Source of the DNA: Thermodesulfobacteriota bacterium
Lineage (GTDB): Bacteria > DASVDK01
Assembly: GCA_036381125.1 (NCBI GenBank)
Contig: DASVDK010000198.1
Location: 1 to 37,671, forward strand
DNA length: 37,671 nt
Reading direction: 5' to 3'
In this document: piece by piece, positions 17,941-26,482 of the stretch
Numbering within the stretch: the first letter of the stretch is position 1
Layout of the letters: every line of letters starts with the position of its first letter
Notes under the pieces: model-generated
Told to the model about the DNA's origin: nothing
The model's input: only the letters and a program-made list of their open reading frames with translations
Database searches by the model: none
Position numbers and translations under genes: made by a program

Positions 17941-18147
17941 TCACCCCAGCCTGATCGTGTCCTCCACGACGGTGCCGTCCAGGCCGCCCTCGAGCTCGAG
18001 GCGGGCGCGGACCTTCAGGGTCTCGGTGCCGGAAAGCTTCCCGGATGCGACCGCGTCCCGGACCGCCTTCTCGATCTCCCGCTGCGCGGTCACCCCGAAC
18101 CGCTTGAGGAACTTCCGGATGTCCTGGTTGAAGACCTCTTCGTTCAT
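17941..18147 (-). CDS. Small conserved hypothetical protein, DUF6494-like
   Basis: MNEEVFNQDIRKFLKRFGVTAQREIEKAVRDA...; strong GGAGGAGG RBS; 68 aa. Confidence 0.75.
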   Translation of the reverse strand: MNEEVFNQDIRKFLKRFGVTAQREIEKAVRDAVASGKLSGTETLKVRARLELEGGLDGTVVEDTIRLG

Positions 18148-18496
18148 CGTCGTCCTCCTCCGATCGGCCGCCCCGCCCGAGGCGGCCGGGACCGGCGCAC
18201 GCCGGCCGGGTGTCGGCTCCAGCGCCGCAGCGGGACGTCGGTCTCGAGGCAGATCGTCTCGTCGACGCTCGGCACGACCTCTGCGAGAACGCGTCTCCGG
18301 CTGATGGCCCACGCGCGGGGTCGTCGTCCGAACAGTCTGCCGTAGGGAACCCGCGGCGTCGAGGGGCCCGCGCGTAGCCGGCCGGGACCGCTCCGAGGGC
18401 TCGCTCGTCGTCGACTCGACGCACGGCGGGGCTCCTGCAGGAGCGGGCGGGGAGGCGCGGCCGCCCGCCTCGAGATAAATCACAGTTCTATTTACC

Positions 18497-18528
18497 TTGA
18501 CAGTCGCGTACGACACACGGTATACCGT
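18497..18528 (+). promoter_or_regulatory. sigma70 promoter with overlapping palindromic operator ahead of the flavoprotein-grd run
   Basis: TTGACA (18497), 18 nt, TATACC (18521); perfect palindrome ACGGTATACCGT at 18517-18528 and GTCG-N4-CGAC at 18503-18514; AT-rich element upstream. Confidence 0.6.
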
Positions 18529-18577
18529 CCACCAGACTTCCACGGCGCTTACACGGATTCGGCACCGGAGGGCACGG

Positions 18578-19777
18578 ATGGACTTCTCGCTGACGCCCGA
18601 GCAGGCGGGGCTGGTTGCGCGGGCCCGGGAGGCGAGCCGGGAGTTCCCGGCGCGCGCGCGGGCCTACGACGCGGCCGCCGCCTTCCCGCGGGAGAACTTC
18701 GACGACCTCGAGCGGGCGGGGCTCCTCGCCCTGACGGTCCCGAAGGAGTACGGCGGGCTCGGGTACTGGCAGCCGGGGCGCTTCCTCGCCTACTACCTGG
18801 TCATCGAGGAGATCGCCCGGCGCTGCAGCTCGACCGCGCAGCTCCTCCAGGTGCACTCGCACGCGGTCGGCATGATCGCCGGCATGGGGTCGCCGGCGCA
18901 GAAGGCGCGCTACCTCCCGGAGGTCGTGAAGAAGGGGGCCCTCTTCGCCTCCTGCGGCAGCGAGGCATCGGTGCGGCAGAAGGGGCCGGAGGGGTTCGAC
19001 GCGGTCCTCAGACCCTCCGGCAGCGGGTACACGCTCTCGGGCTACAAGGGCTTCGCCTCGCTCGCGGGCGCGGCCGACTACTACGTGATCTGGGCGCTGG
19101 CGGAGGGGACCCGCCGCATGGCCGACGGCCTCGTCATGGTCGTGGTCCCGAAGGGGGCGCCCGGCGTGCGGCTCGAGAACGACTGGGACACGCTCGGCAT
19201 GCGTCCCACGGTGAGCTGGAGCATTCACCTCGACGGCGTGCCGGTCGAGAAGGAGCAGGTGATCGGCCAGCCGGGCGACTGGGTGCAGAAGGACGCGCGC
19301 ACCTTCACGCTCGCCTTCGCGGCCAACCACCTCGGGACGGCCCAGGGCGTCCACGATCTCGTCCTCGACTTCGTCCGGGTGCGCGAGGACCTCAAGGCGA
19401 ACCCGGTGGTCCAGTGCCAGCTCGCCGAGGCCGACACGCTCCTGGCCTCCTCGCGGGCGCTCCTCCACTACGCGGCGTGGCTCTGGGAGCAGGGACGGGG
19501 CGACGAGGCGGAGCTGGCCTCGATGCGGGCGCTCCACCAGACGAAGCGGACGGCGCTCACGGTGACCTCGCGCGCCTTCGACATCTGCGGCGCGCGGACC
19601 ACCTTCCGGAGCTTCCCGGCGCCGCTCGAGCTCGCCTTCCGGGACGTCCGGACCTTCACGCTCCACTTCCGCGAGGACCGGCTCCTCCAGATGCTCGCGC
19701 AGGCGATCCTCGGGGCGCCGTTCCACTCCAAGCAGAAGTACGGGCCGAAGCTCGAGCCCGTCCAGATGCACGCCTGA
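18578..19777 (+). CDS. Acyl-CoA dehydrogenase-fold flavoprotein, DszC/SfnB-like monooxygenase branch
   Basis: MDFSLTPEQ, GLLALTVPKEYGGLG, LSGYKGFAS, NDWDTLGMRPTVS, FRDVRTFTLH; GGAGG RBS. Confidence 0.85.
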   Translation: MDFSLTPEQAGLVARAREASREFPARARAYDAAAAFPRENFDDLERAGLLALTVPKEYGGLGYWQPGRFLAYYLVIEEIARRCSSTAQLLQVHSHAVGMIAGMGSPAQKARYLPEVVKKGALFASCGSEASVRQKGPEGFDAVLRPSGSGYTLSGYKGFASLAGAADYYVIWALAEGTRRMADGLVMVVVPKGAPGVRLENDWDTLGMRPTVSWSIHLDGVPVEKEQVIGQPGDWVQKDARTFTLAFAANHLGTAQGVHDLVLDFVRVREDLKANPVVQCQLAEADTLLASSRALLHYAAWLWEQGRGDEAELASMRALHQTKRTALTVTSRAFDICGARTTFRSFPAPLELAFRDVRTFTLHFREDRLLQMLAQAILGAPFHSKQKYGPKLEPVQMHA

Positions 19778-19809
19778 GCGTCCCACGGACGACTGACGAG
19801 GTGCCGACG

Positions 19810-21249
19810 ATGAGCTATCCGATCGTCACCGCCGTCGCAAACGTCCTGGCGCACTCGCCAGGTCTCGTCCGGTACGGCTCCCGGACCTCGCGCGACCTCG
19901 CGCGTGATCCCGCGCTCGTTGCCACCATTGCTCCCCATCTGCGCACCTATCCGGAGGCCGTGGGCTACGGGCCGACGCAGGTCTACATCGGCAACGCCGA
20001 CCCCGAGGCTCTGCGTACCGCATCCCGCCCGTGGTTCGCGACGCCCGATCCGACCGCACGGTCCGATGGAGCGTTCGGCGAGGTGATCGGCGAGGCGGAG
20101 CTACTCGGGCTCCTGAAGCTCTGCGACCGCGCCCGGCTGGTGCAGCTCGACGAGGCGACGCTCGCGCGTGCACGCGACGGGCTGGTCGCCCGGGCGCTGG
20201 CTTCCACGGAGGAGTTCCACGCGCTGGCCCCGTCACCCGAGGCCGGCATTGCTCGGGCAGTGGGAAGCGGGGAAGCGCTCCCGCTCGTCCTCGACGACAA
20301 GGTCGTCGGCGCGGTGGCTCGCGGGCACGAGGAGGACGAGGCACTGACCGCCGGCGTCCTGCTGGAGAACCTCGTCGCAAAGGCCACCGGCGTGCTGGCG
20401 CTGCGGCGGCTCTTCGCACAGCTCGAAGGGCGCCTCGCGCCCGGCGACCTCGATTTCGTGCTCGCCGGCTCCGAAGAAGCGGTGGGTGACCGCTACCAGC
20501 GCGGTGGAGGAAATCTGGCCAAGGCGATCGCCGAGCAAGTTGGCGTGAAGCGGGCGTCCGGGTTCGACATCAAAGCGTTCTGTGCTTCGACGCTCTACGG
20601 CGTCTTCAACGCCGCCGCGTTGATCCAGGCAGGCGTCTTCTCCCGCGTGGCGGTCGTGGCGGGAGGATCACTCGCCAAGCTGGGGATGAAGTACCGGGCG
20701 CACGTTGCCAGAGGGATGCCGATCCTCGAGGATGTCGTCGCCGGGATCGCCATCCTCGTCGAGGACGCCAGGAGTGGTAAGGACCGGGGGCCGGCGATTC
20801 GCCTCGACACGGTCGGCTTTCACGGAGCCGGCGCCGAATCCTCCCAGCAGGCTGTGATCGAGGCGCTGGTGCTGGGGCCGCTCGCGAAGGCCGGATACCG
20901 ACTGACCGACGTCGACCGCTACGCGACCGAGATGCACAACCCGGAGATCACCGAGCCGGCCGGCAGCGGCGACGTCCCGCTCGGCAACTACCGGCTGATC
21001 GCCGCGCTGGGCGCCATGCGTGGGCACATCCCGAGGGATGGCATCCAGGATTTCATCGTCCGGTACGGCCTGCCGGGCTATGCGCCGACCCAGGGCCACA
21101 TCGCCTCGGCCGTCTGCTACCTCGGCCACGCCGTGCAGTCCATGCGGGCGGGGAACGTCGGCCGGGTCCTCTTCATGGCGAAGGGGAGCCTCTTCCTCGG
21201 GCGCATGACGCAGTTGTCCGACGGTGTTTCGTTCCTCGTGACAACCTGA
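19810..21249 (+). CDS. grdC: Glycine/sarcosine/betaine reductase component C, beta subunit (FabH-like)
   Basis: LLENLVAKATG, SEEAVGDRYQRGGGNLAKAIAE, AGGSLAKLGM, TEMHNPEITEPAGSGDVP, PGYAPTQGHI, KGSLFLGRMTQLSDGVSF. Confidence 0.92.
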   Translation: MSYPIVTAVANVLAHSPGLVRYGSRTSRDLARDPALVATIAPHLRTYPEAVGYGPTQVYIGNADPEALRTASRPWFATPDPTARSDGAFGEVIGEAELLGLLKLCDRARLVQLDEATLARARDGLVARALASTEEFHALAPSPEAGIARAVGSGEALPLVLDDKVVGAVARGHEEDEALTAGVLLENLVAKATGVLALRRLFAQLEGRLAPGDLDFVLAGSEEAVGDRYQRGGGNLAKAIAEQVGVKRASGFDIKAFCASTLYGVFNAAALIQAGVFSRVAVVAGGSLAKLGMKYRAHVARGMPILEDVVAGIAILVEDARSGKDRGPAIRLDTVGFHGAGAESSQQAVIEALVLGPLAKAGYRLTDVDRYATEMHNPEITEPAGSGDVPLGNYRLIAALGAMRGHIPRDGIQDFIVRYGLPGYAPTQGHIASAVCYLGHAVQSMRAGNVGRVLFMAKGSLFLGRMTQLSDGVSFLVTT

Positions 21250-21261
21250 CTGGAGGGGACG

Positions 21262-21720
21262 ATGAATCTCAAGGGGAAGCGAGTTCTGGCCCTCGGCGAG
21301 CGAGACGGCGTCAACGGCGCCGCGATCGAGGCCTGCGTGCGCAGCGCCGGCGCCGATGTCCTCTACGTGGAGACCCAGTGCTTCGTGTGAACTGCCGCGG
21401 GCGCCATGGACCTTGAGGGTCAAGGTCGAATCAGGCAGGTCGTCGAGCAGGCCGGTACCGACGACGTCGTCGCCGTCCTCGGCGCCAACTCGCCGTCGGC
21501 GGTCGAGATGACGGCGCTCACGCTGAAGAGCGGCGACCCGAGCTACGCCGGGCCGCTGGCGGGCGTGGCGCTCGGGATCCCGTCGTTCCACGTGCTCGAG
21601 CCCGAGATCACCCGGCAGATCGATCCGGAAGTCTACGAGCGTGAGCTGGCGCTTCCCGCGATGGCGATGGACGCGGAGGCGCTCATCGAGCCGGTCAAGG
21701 CCGTTCGGGAGGCGCCGTGA
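21262..21720 (+). CDS. grdA: Glycine/sarcosine/betaine reductase selenoprotein A (Sec at UGA 21388-21390, codon 43)
   Basis: MNLKGKRVLALGERDGVNGAAIEAC...TQCFV-UGA-TAAGAMDLEGQGRI...GDPSYAGPLAGVALG: the GrdA CxxU motif; GGAGG RBS; the ORF track shows only the part after the UGA. Confidence 0.93.
21409..21427 (+). promoter_or_regulatory. SECIS-like hairpin in grdA
   Basis: GACCTTGA-GGG-TCAAGGTC perfect inverted repeat, separated from the in-frame UGA by 18 nt. Confidence 0.75.
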
Positions 21721-22991
21721 TGCGACTCGAGCTAGCCCGCCACGTCGTGCAGTCGCTGGAGTTCGGCAGGCGGACGGCATTCGAGGACGGACGGCTTGTC
21801 GTGGATCGAGACGAGATCCGCGCGCTCGTCCTCGGCGACCCGAACGTCCGCTCGGTCGAGATCGAGATCGTTCGTCCGGGCGACCGCGTGCGCATCGTGC
21901 ACTGCATGGACGTCGTGGAGCCGCGGGCGAAGGCGTCCGGCTCGGGCGAGGTCTTCCCGGGCTTCCTCGGCCCACCGGTTACGGTCGGGAGCGGCCGCAC
22001 GGTCGTCCTGACCGGTGTCGCGATCGTCTCGACCGGGACCTGGCCCGAGCTGACCGACCCCTGGTGGAGCAACCGGGAGGCGATCATCGACATGGGCGGC
22101 TCGGCATCGCGGTACTCGCCATACTCCCGGACACGGAATCTGGTGCTCTCCTTTCGAACGGCGGCCGGGCTTACGCCGGCGCAGCAGGACCACGCCATCC
22201 GGGTCGCCACGTTGCGAGTGGCACGTCACCTGGCGCTCACCGCCCGCGATCGGTCGCCTGACGAGGTCGAAACGTGCGAGCTCGGCCAGGCGCGCGGCGG
22301 ATTGCCGCGCGTGGCATACATCTGCCACCTGGGCTCGCTCGGCGCGCTCTACAACACCTATCTCTACGGTCACTCGGTGGCCGGCACGCTTCCGACGCTG
22401 ATCCACCCCAACGAGCTGTTCGACGGCGCCGTGGTGAACGGGCATCATCGCCTCGCTTCCGAGCGACATCCCACGTACGACCACCAGAACTCTCCGGTGG
22501 CAACGGAGCTGATGCAACGGCATGGCCGGGACCTGAACTTCGTGGGCGTCATCCTCATGCGCAGCCTCGCCGAGCTACCGGAGGAGAAGGAACGGCTCGC
22601 GAGCTACACGGCGAAACTCGCGAAGCTCCTCGGGGCCGAAGCGGCCGTCATCACGCGGCAGGGCGGCGGGCACGCCATCTTCGACCTGATGACGACGTGT
22701 CAGCGCTGCGAGCAGGTCGGGATCAAGACGGCTCTGCTCGTAAACGAGATGGCCGGCCACGCGGGGACCGACGTGAGCATGATCGACTTCGTGCCGGAGG
22801 CCGATCTGATGGTCAGTGCCGGCAACCACGAAGCGCTCATCGACCTGCCGGCCCTGGATCGTGCCGTCGGGGGCGATGTGCTGCTCGGCATGCCCGGCCG
22901 GGCGGTCGATGCGAGGCGCCTGCAACTGCGCTGGGTGTTCGGGGCGAACAGCCAGCTCGGCGTCGGCTGTCTGACGGCCCGGGCCCGGTGA
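21720..22991 (+). CDS. Glycine/sarcosine/betaine reductase component B proprotein (GrdE/GrdG/GrdI family)
   Basis: MRLEL, DVVEPRAK..VFPGF...VGSGRTVVL, EAIIDMGG, PTLIHPNELFDGAVV, TYDHQN.P..EL..RHGRDLNFVGVI, EADLMVSAGN; TGATG overlap with grdA. Confidence 0.9.
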   Translation: MRLELARHVVQSLEFGRRTAFEDGRLVVDRDEIRALVLGDPNVRSVEIEIVRPGDRVRIVHCMDVVEPRAKASGSGEVFPGFLGPPVTVGSGRTVVLTGVAIVSTGTWPELTDPWWSNREAIIDMGGSASRYSPYSRTRNLVLSFRTAAGLTPAQQDHAIRVATLRVARHLALTARDRSPDEVETCELGQARGGLPRVAYICHLGSLGALYNTYLYGHSVAGTLPTLIHPNELFDGAVVNGHHRLASERHPTYDHQNSPVATELMQRHGRDLNFVGVILMRSLAELPEEKERLASYTAKLAKLLGAEAAVITRQGGGHAIFDLMTTCQRCEQVGIKTALLVNEMAGHAGTDVSMIDFVPEADLMVSAGNHEALIDLPALDRAVGGDVLLGMPGRAVDARRLQLRWVFGANSQLGVGCLTARAR

Positions 22992-23002
22992 GGGGGCTCT
23001 CG

Positions 23003-24304
23003 ATGACGATACGTGTCGTTCACTACCTGAACCAGTTCTTCGCAGGTCGTGGGGGCGAGAGCCAGGCGGACTGCGGGATCGAGGTACGAGAAGGCGAAGT
23101 CGGCCCCGGACAGCTCATCGGTCGGCACCTCGGGAACTCGGGGCGGATCGTTGCCACGGTGTCGTACGGTGACAACGCCTTCCACGTCGACCCGGAACGC
23201 TCCGCGGCCGAGGTGGTGAACGCGATTGCCCGGTGCCGCCCGGACGTCGTCGTCGCAGGCCCGGCTTTCGAGGCTGGCCGCTACGGACTTGCATGCGGCT
23301 ACGTCTGCCGAGCCGTTCAAGAGCGGCTCGGCATCCCGGCTCTGGCTGCCATGGCCCCCGAGAACCCCGCGGTCGAGCAGTTCCGGCGCGACGTCTACAT
23401 CATCCCGACGGGTCGTTCTGCGATCGACATGGCCCACGCGGCCCCGCCACTCGCGGCCTTTGCCGTGCGCCTGGCTTCGGGTGCGGAGATCGGCGCCCCT
23501 GAGCAGGAGGGCTACCTCCCCAGGGGCCGGCGTGAGAATGTCTTCGTGGAGCGCAGGGCGGCGGCGCGCATCGTGGACCTGCTGCTTCAGAAGGTTCGCG
23601 GCGAGATCTACCAGACCGAGATACCGGCCCCGGCGTTCGATCGCGTGCCGCCCGCGCCGGCGGTTCAACGGATCGAGGCGGCGACGGTTGCACTGGTGAC
23701 GGAGGGGGGTCTCGTGCCGAAGGGCAACCCCGACCGCATCGAGTCGACCCGACCGACCCGCTGGGGCAGCTACGACATCAGCGGACTGCCCGGCCTGCCG
23801 GCCGGGGACTTCCTGAGCATCCACGCCGGGTGGGCGCCGGAGACGGTCAACGAGAACCCGAACCGAATGGTACCGCTCGACATCGCGCGGGAGCTGGTCA
23901 GGGAGGGCCGAATCGGTGCGCTGCACGAACGGGTCTACGTTGCCGTCGGCAGCAGCTGCACGATCGAGAACGCGCAGCGGTTCGGCCGCGAGATCGCCGG
24001 GCGGCTCAGGTCCGCCGGCGTCCAGGCGGCGATCCTGACGGCGACCTGAGGGACGGGCACACGTTGCGGGGCAACGTTGGCGAAGGAGATCGAACGGGTC
24101 GGCATTCCGACGGCGCTTTTCACGCCGCTGGTCCCACTCGCCCTCATGGTCGGTGCCAACCGCATCGTTCCGGGTAAGGCCGTCACGCATCCGATTGGCG
24201 ATCCTGCGTTGCCGCCCGACGAGGAGACGGCGTATCGCCGGCAGCTCCTCGAGCGCGGCCTACGGGCAATCCGGTCGCCGATCACGGAACAGACGGTCTT
24301 CTAG
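23003..24304 (+). CDS. grdB: Glycine/sarcosine/betaine reductase selenoprotein B (GrdB/GrdF/GrdH family; Sec at UGA 24047-24049, codon 349)
   Basis: RVVHYLNQFFAG, AGPAFEAGRYGLACG, ALVTEGGLVPKGNPDRIES, AILTAT-UGA-GTGTRCGATLAKEIERVGIP...VGANRIVPG; the two ORF-track pieces are in the same frame across the UGA. Confidence 0.92.
24061..24077 (+). promoter_or_regulatory. SECIS-like hairpin in grdB
   Basis: ACGTTGC-GGG-GCAACGT perfect inverted repeat, separated from the in-frame UGA by 11 nt. Confidence 0.75.
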
Positions 24305-24330
24305 AGGTCCATCGACAGGAGGATCAGGCA

Positions 24331-25383
24331 ATGCGTTATGTCGCCTGGCTCATCGTGGCTACCCTCCTCGCCGGCCTCGCGCCGAGCCCGGCTCCCATCG
24401 CTGGCGCCGCGCCGAAGGAAGTCGTCTTCATGTCCTGGGCTGCCGACTACGAGAAGAAGATCCCTGCGCTGATCGGCCCGGGCTTCGAAAAGGAGACCGG
24501 TTACAAGCTTGTCTATGTTGCGGCCACGAACTCGGCGGAGATCGTCGCGCGGGTCAAGGCGCAGGCGAGCGACCCACAGATCGACGTGATCTTCTCGGAC
24601 GAGGGGCCGCAGCTGCTCGCCAGGGAGTTGTGGCAGCCGATCGACGCGAAGTACCTGACGAACATGAACCAGATGTACGACCTGGCCAGGGTGGACGGCA
24701 ACCGCCGTGTGAGGCCCTTCGGCAGCGCCGTGGTGATCCTCTACAACACGGCCGTCTTCCGGGAGAAGGGCTGGGCGGCGCCGACATCCTGGAACGATCT
24801 CTGGGATCCAAAGTACAAGGGGCATGTCATCCTGCCCGAGGGGACGAGTCCGTACGCCTACGGCTTGACCGTCGTTGCCGCGGAACTCCACGGGGGCAGC
24901 GAGAGCAACCTCGGACCAGGGTGGGAGCGGATGAAGCAGCTTGCGCCCAGCGTGCGACTCTTTACGACCGGCTCCGCGCGCCTGGGTGATCTCTTCCGCC
25001 AGGGAACGGCGTGGCTCGCGGTGCACTCGGAAGGCGCAGCCATGCGCCTCCGCAACGCCGGCCTGCCGGTCGGGACCGCCTATCCCAGGGAGGGGGCCAT
25101 CTTCGCGCCGGCGTCCGTCGCCGTCGTGAAAGGGGGGCCGAACCCCGACGGCGCGCAACAGCTCGTCAACTACCTCATGAAGCCCGAGGTCCAGAGGGTA
25201 TGGTCCGAGAACTTCGGCTGGGCGCCGCTCAACCGGAACACCGTGCTCCCGGCCGAACTTGCCGCTCAGTTGAGCTACGGGCCGGAGCGGGTGGCGAGTC
25301 TCAAGGCGCTTGACGGGGAGCGGTACAGTGAGTTCCTTTCAGAATTCATCGAGCGCTGGAATCGAGACGTCCTCTCCCAGTGA
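24331..25383 (+). CDS. ABC transporter substrate-binding protein, PotD/AfuA-like
   Basis: Sec-type signal peptide; FEKETGYK, PTSWNDLWDPKYKGHV, YPREGA, VVKGGPNPDGAQQLVNYL; AGGAGG RBS. Confidence 0.88.
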   Translation: MRYVAWLIVATLLAGLAPSPAPIAGAAPKEVVFMSWAADYEKKIPALIGPGFEKETGYKLVYVAATNSAEIVARVKAQASDPQIDVIFSDEGPQLLARELWQPIDAKYLTNMNQMYDLARVDGNRRVRPFGSAVVILYNTAVFREKGWAAPTSWNDLWDPKYKGHVILPEGTSPYAYGLTVVAAELHGGSESNLGPGWERMKQLAPSVRLFTTGSARLGDLFRQGTAWLAVHSEGAAMRLRNAGLPVGTAYPREGAIFAPASVAVVKGGPNPDGAQQLVNYLMKPEVQRVWSENFGWAPLNRNTVLPAELAAQLSYGPERVASLKALDGERYSEFLSEFIERWNRDVLSQ

Positions 25384-25384
25384 C

Positions 25385-26482
25385 GTGGGAGTGCCCGGGC
25401 TCGCCATCTCCAGGCTCTGCAAGCGCTACGGGCCCCACACGGTTCTGGACGACGTGTCGCTGACGGTGCGGGCGGGTGAGTGCCTCTCGCTCGTCGGGCC
25501 GTCGGGCTGCGGGAAGACGACGCTGCTCAACTGCATCGCCGGCTACGTCCGGCCGGATGGCGGCTCCATTGCCCTGGCAGGACGGCCGATCGACGACGTG
25601 CCCGAGCACCGTCGCGACACGGCGATGGTGTTCCAGAGCTACGCCCTCTTTCCGCACATGGACACGTTCGAGAACGTCGCGTTCGGTCTGCGGATGCGCA
25701 AGGTTCCGAAGGACGAGATTCGTCGGCGGGTCCTTGCCGCCCTGCAGATGGTTCGCCTCGAAGGCAGGGAGAGAAGCTACCCGAACCAGTTGTCCGGCGG
25801 CCAGCAGCAGCGCGTCGCGCTCGCCCGAGCCCTCGTGCTCGAGCCCAAGGTGCTGCTGCTCGACGAGCCGCTGTCGAACCTCGACGCGCGGCTTCGCGAA
25901 GCGATGCGCTTCGAGCTACGCGAGCTCCAGCAGAAGATCCGCATCACCGCGATCTTCGTCACCCACGACATCCAGGAGGCATTCGTCCTCTCGGACCGCG
26001 TGGCGGTCATGAGCGCCGGTCGGATCGAGCAGGTCGGCACGGCGGCGGAGATCTACGAGCAGGCGGCGACCGAGTTCGTCGTCACCTTCGTCGGGCCCTC
26101 GAACGCGTTCGCCGGCAAGGTAGCCGCGCTGGCGAACGGCACCGCCGACGTCCTCGCCGACGGTCTCCGCATTCGTGTTCCGCGCGACGCCCGCGTGACC
26201 CCTGGCGCCGGGGTGAGCGTCTACGTCCGTCCGGAGCGAATCTCGCTCACCGATCGGCCGACCCGACCGAACTCCTTCCCCGGGCGGATCGAGCGAATCG
26301 CCTACCTCGGCGGTTGGATCGACTACCTCGTGCGCGTCGAAGGCCACCTGGTCCGCGTGCAGACGGTGAACCACGGGAAGCCCATCGCGGTCGGTGCTGC
26401 GGTGCGTATCGAGTGGGAGGTCTCGGACGGCATCTGTCACCTCGATCGACAATCAACCGAACGATCGGCTACGCCCCGATGA
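25385..26482 (+). CDS. ABC transporter ATP-binding protein, PotA-like
   Basis: GPSGCGKTT, MVFQSYALFPHM, LSGGQQQR, LDEPLSNLDA; start uncertain (GTG 25385 or 25391). Confidence 0.9.
   Translation: MGVPGLAISRLCKRYGPHTVLDDVSLTVRAGECLSLVGPSGCGKTTLLNCIAGYVRPDGGSIALAGRPIDDVPEHRRDTAMVFQSYALFPHMDTFENVAFGLRMRKVPKDEIRRRVLAALQMVRLEGRERSYPNQLSGGQQQRVALARALVLEPKVLLLDEPLSNLDARLREAMRFELRELQQKIRITAIFVTHDIQEAFVLSDRVAVMSAGRIEQVGTAAEIYEQAATEFVVTFVGPSNAFAGKVAALANGTADVLADGLRIRVPRDARVTPGAGVSVYVRPERISLTDRPTRPNSFPGRIERIAYLGGWIDYLVRVEGHLVRVQTVNHGKPIAVGAAVRIEWEVSDGICHLDRQSTERSATPR

Noticed and set aside
17705-18304. Long C-terminal extension of the 400-aa ORF 17102-18304
   Set aside because: Ser/Arg/Pro-rich, non-protein-like and overlapping the opposite-strand small gene; better explained by a frameshift
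18150-18470. 320-nt GC-rich intergenic stretch as an ncRNA, riboswitch or gene remnant
   Set aside because: Only short GC hairpins and no recognisable aptamer or tRNA-Sec features; a minus-strand peptide (VLAEVVPSVDETICLETDVPL) looks vaguely coding but could not be assigned
21406-21720. 104-aa ORF as a complete gene
   Set aside because: It is the C-terminal part of GrdA after the Sec UGA; the real start is 21262
24077-24304. 75-aa ORF as a separate gene, or grdB as a nonsense pseudogene
   Set aside because: Same frame as the upstream grdB part; the UGA sits at the known Sec position and is followed by a SECIS-like hairpin
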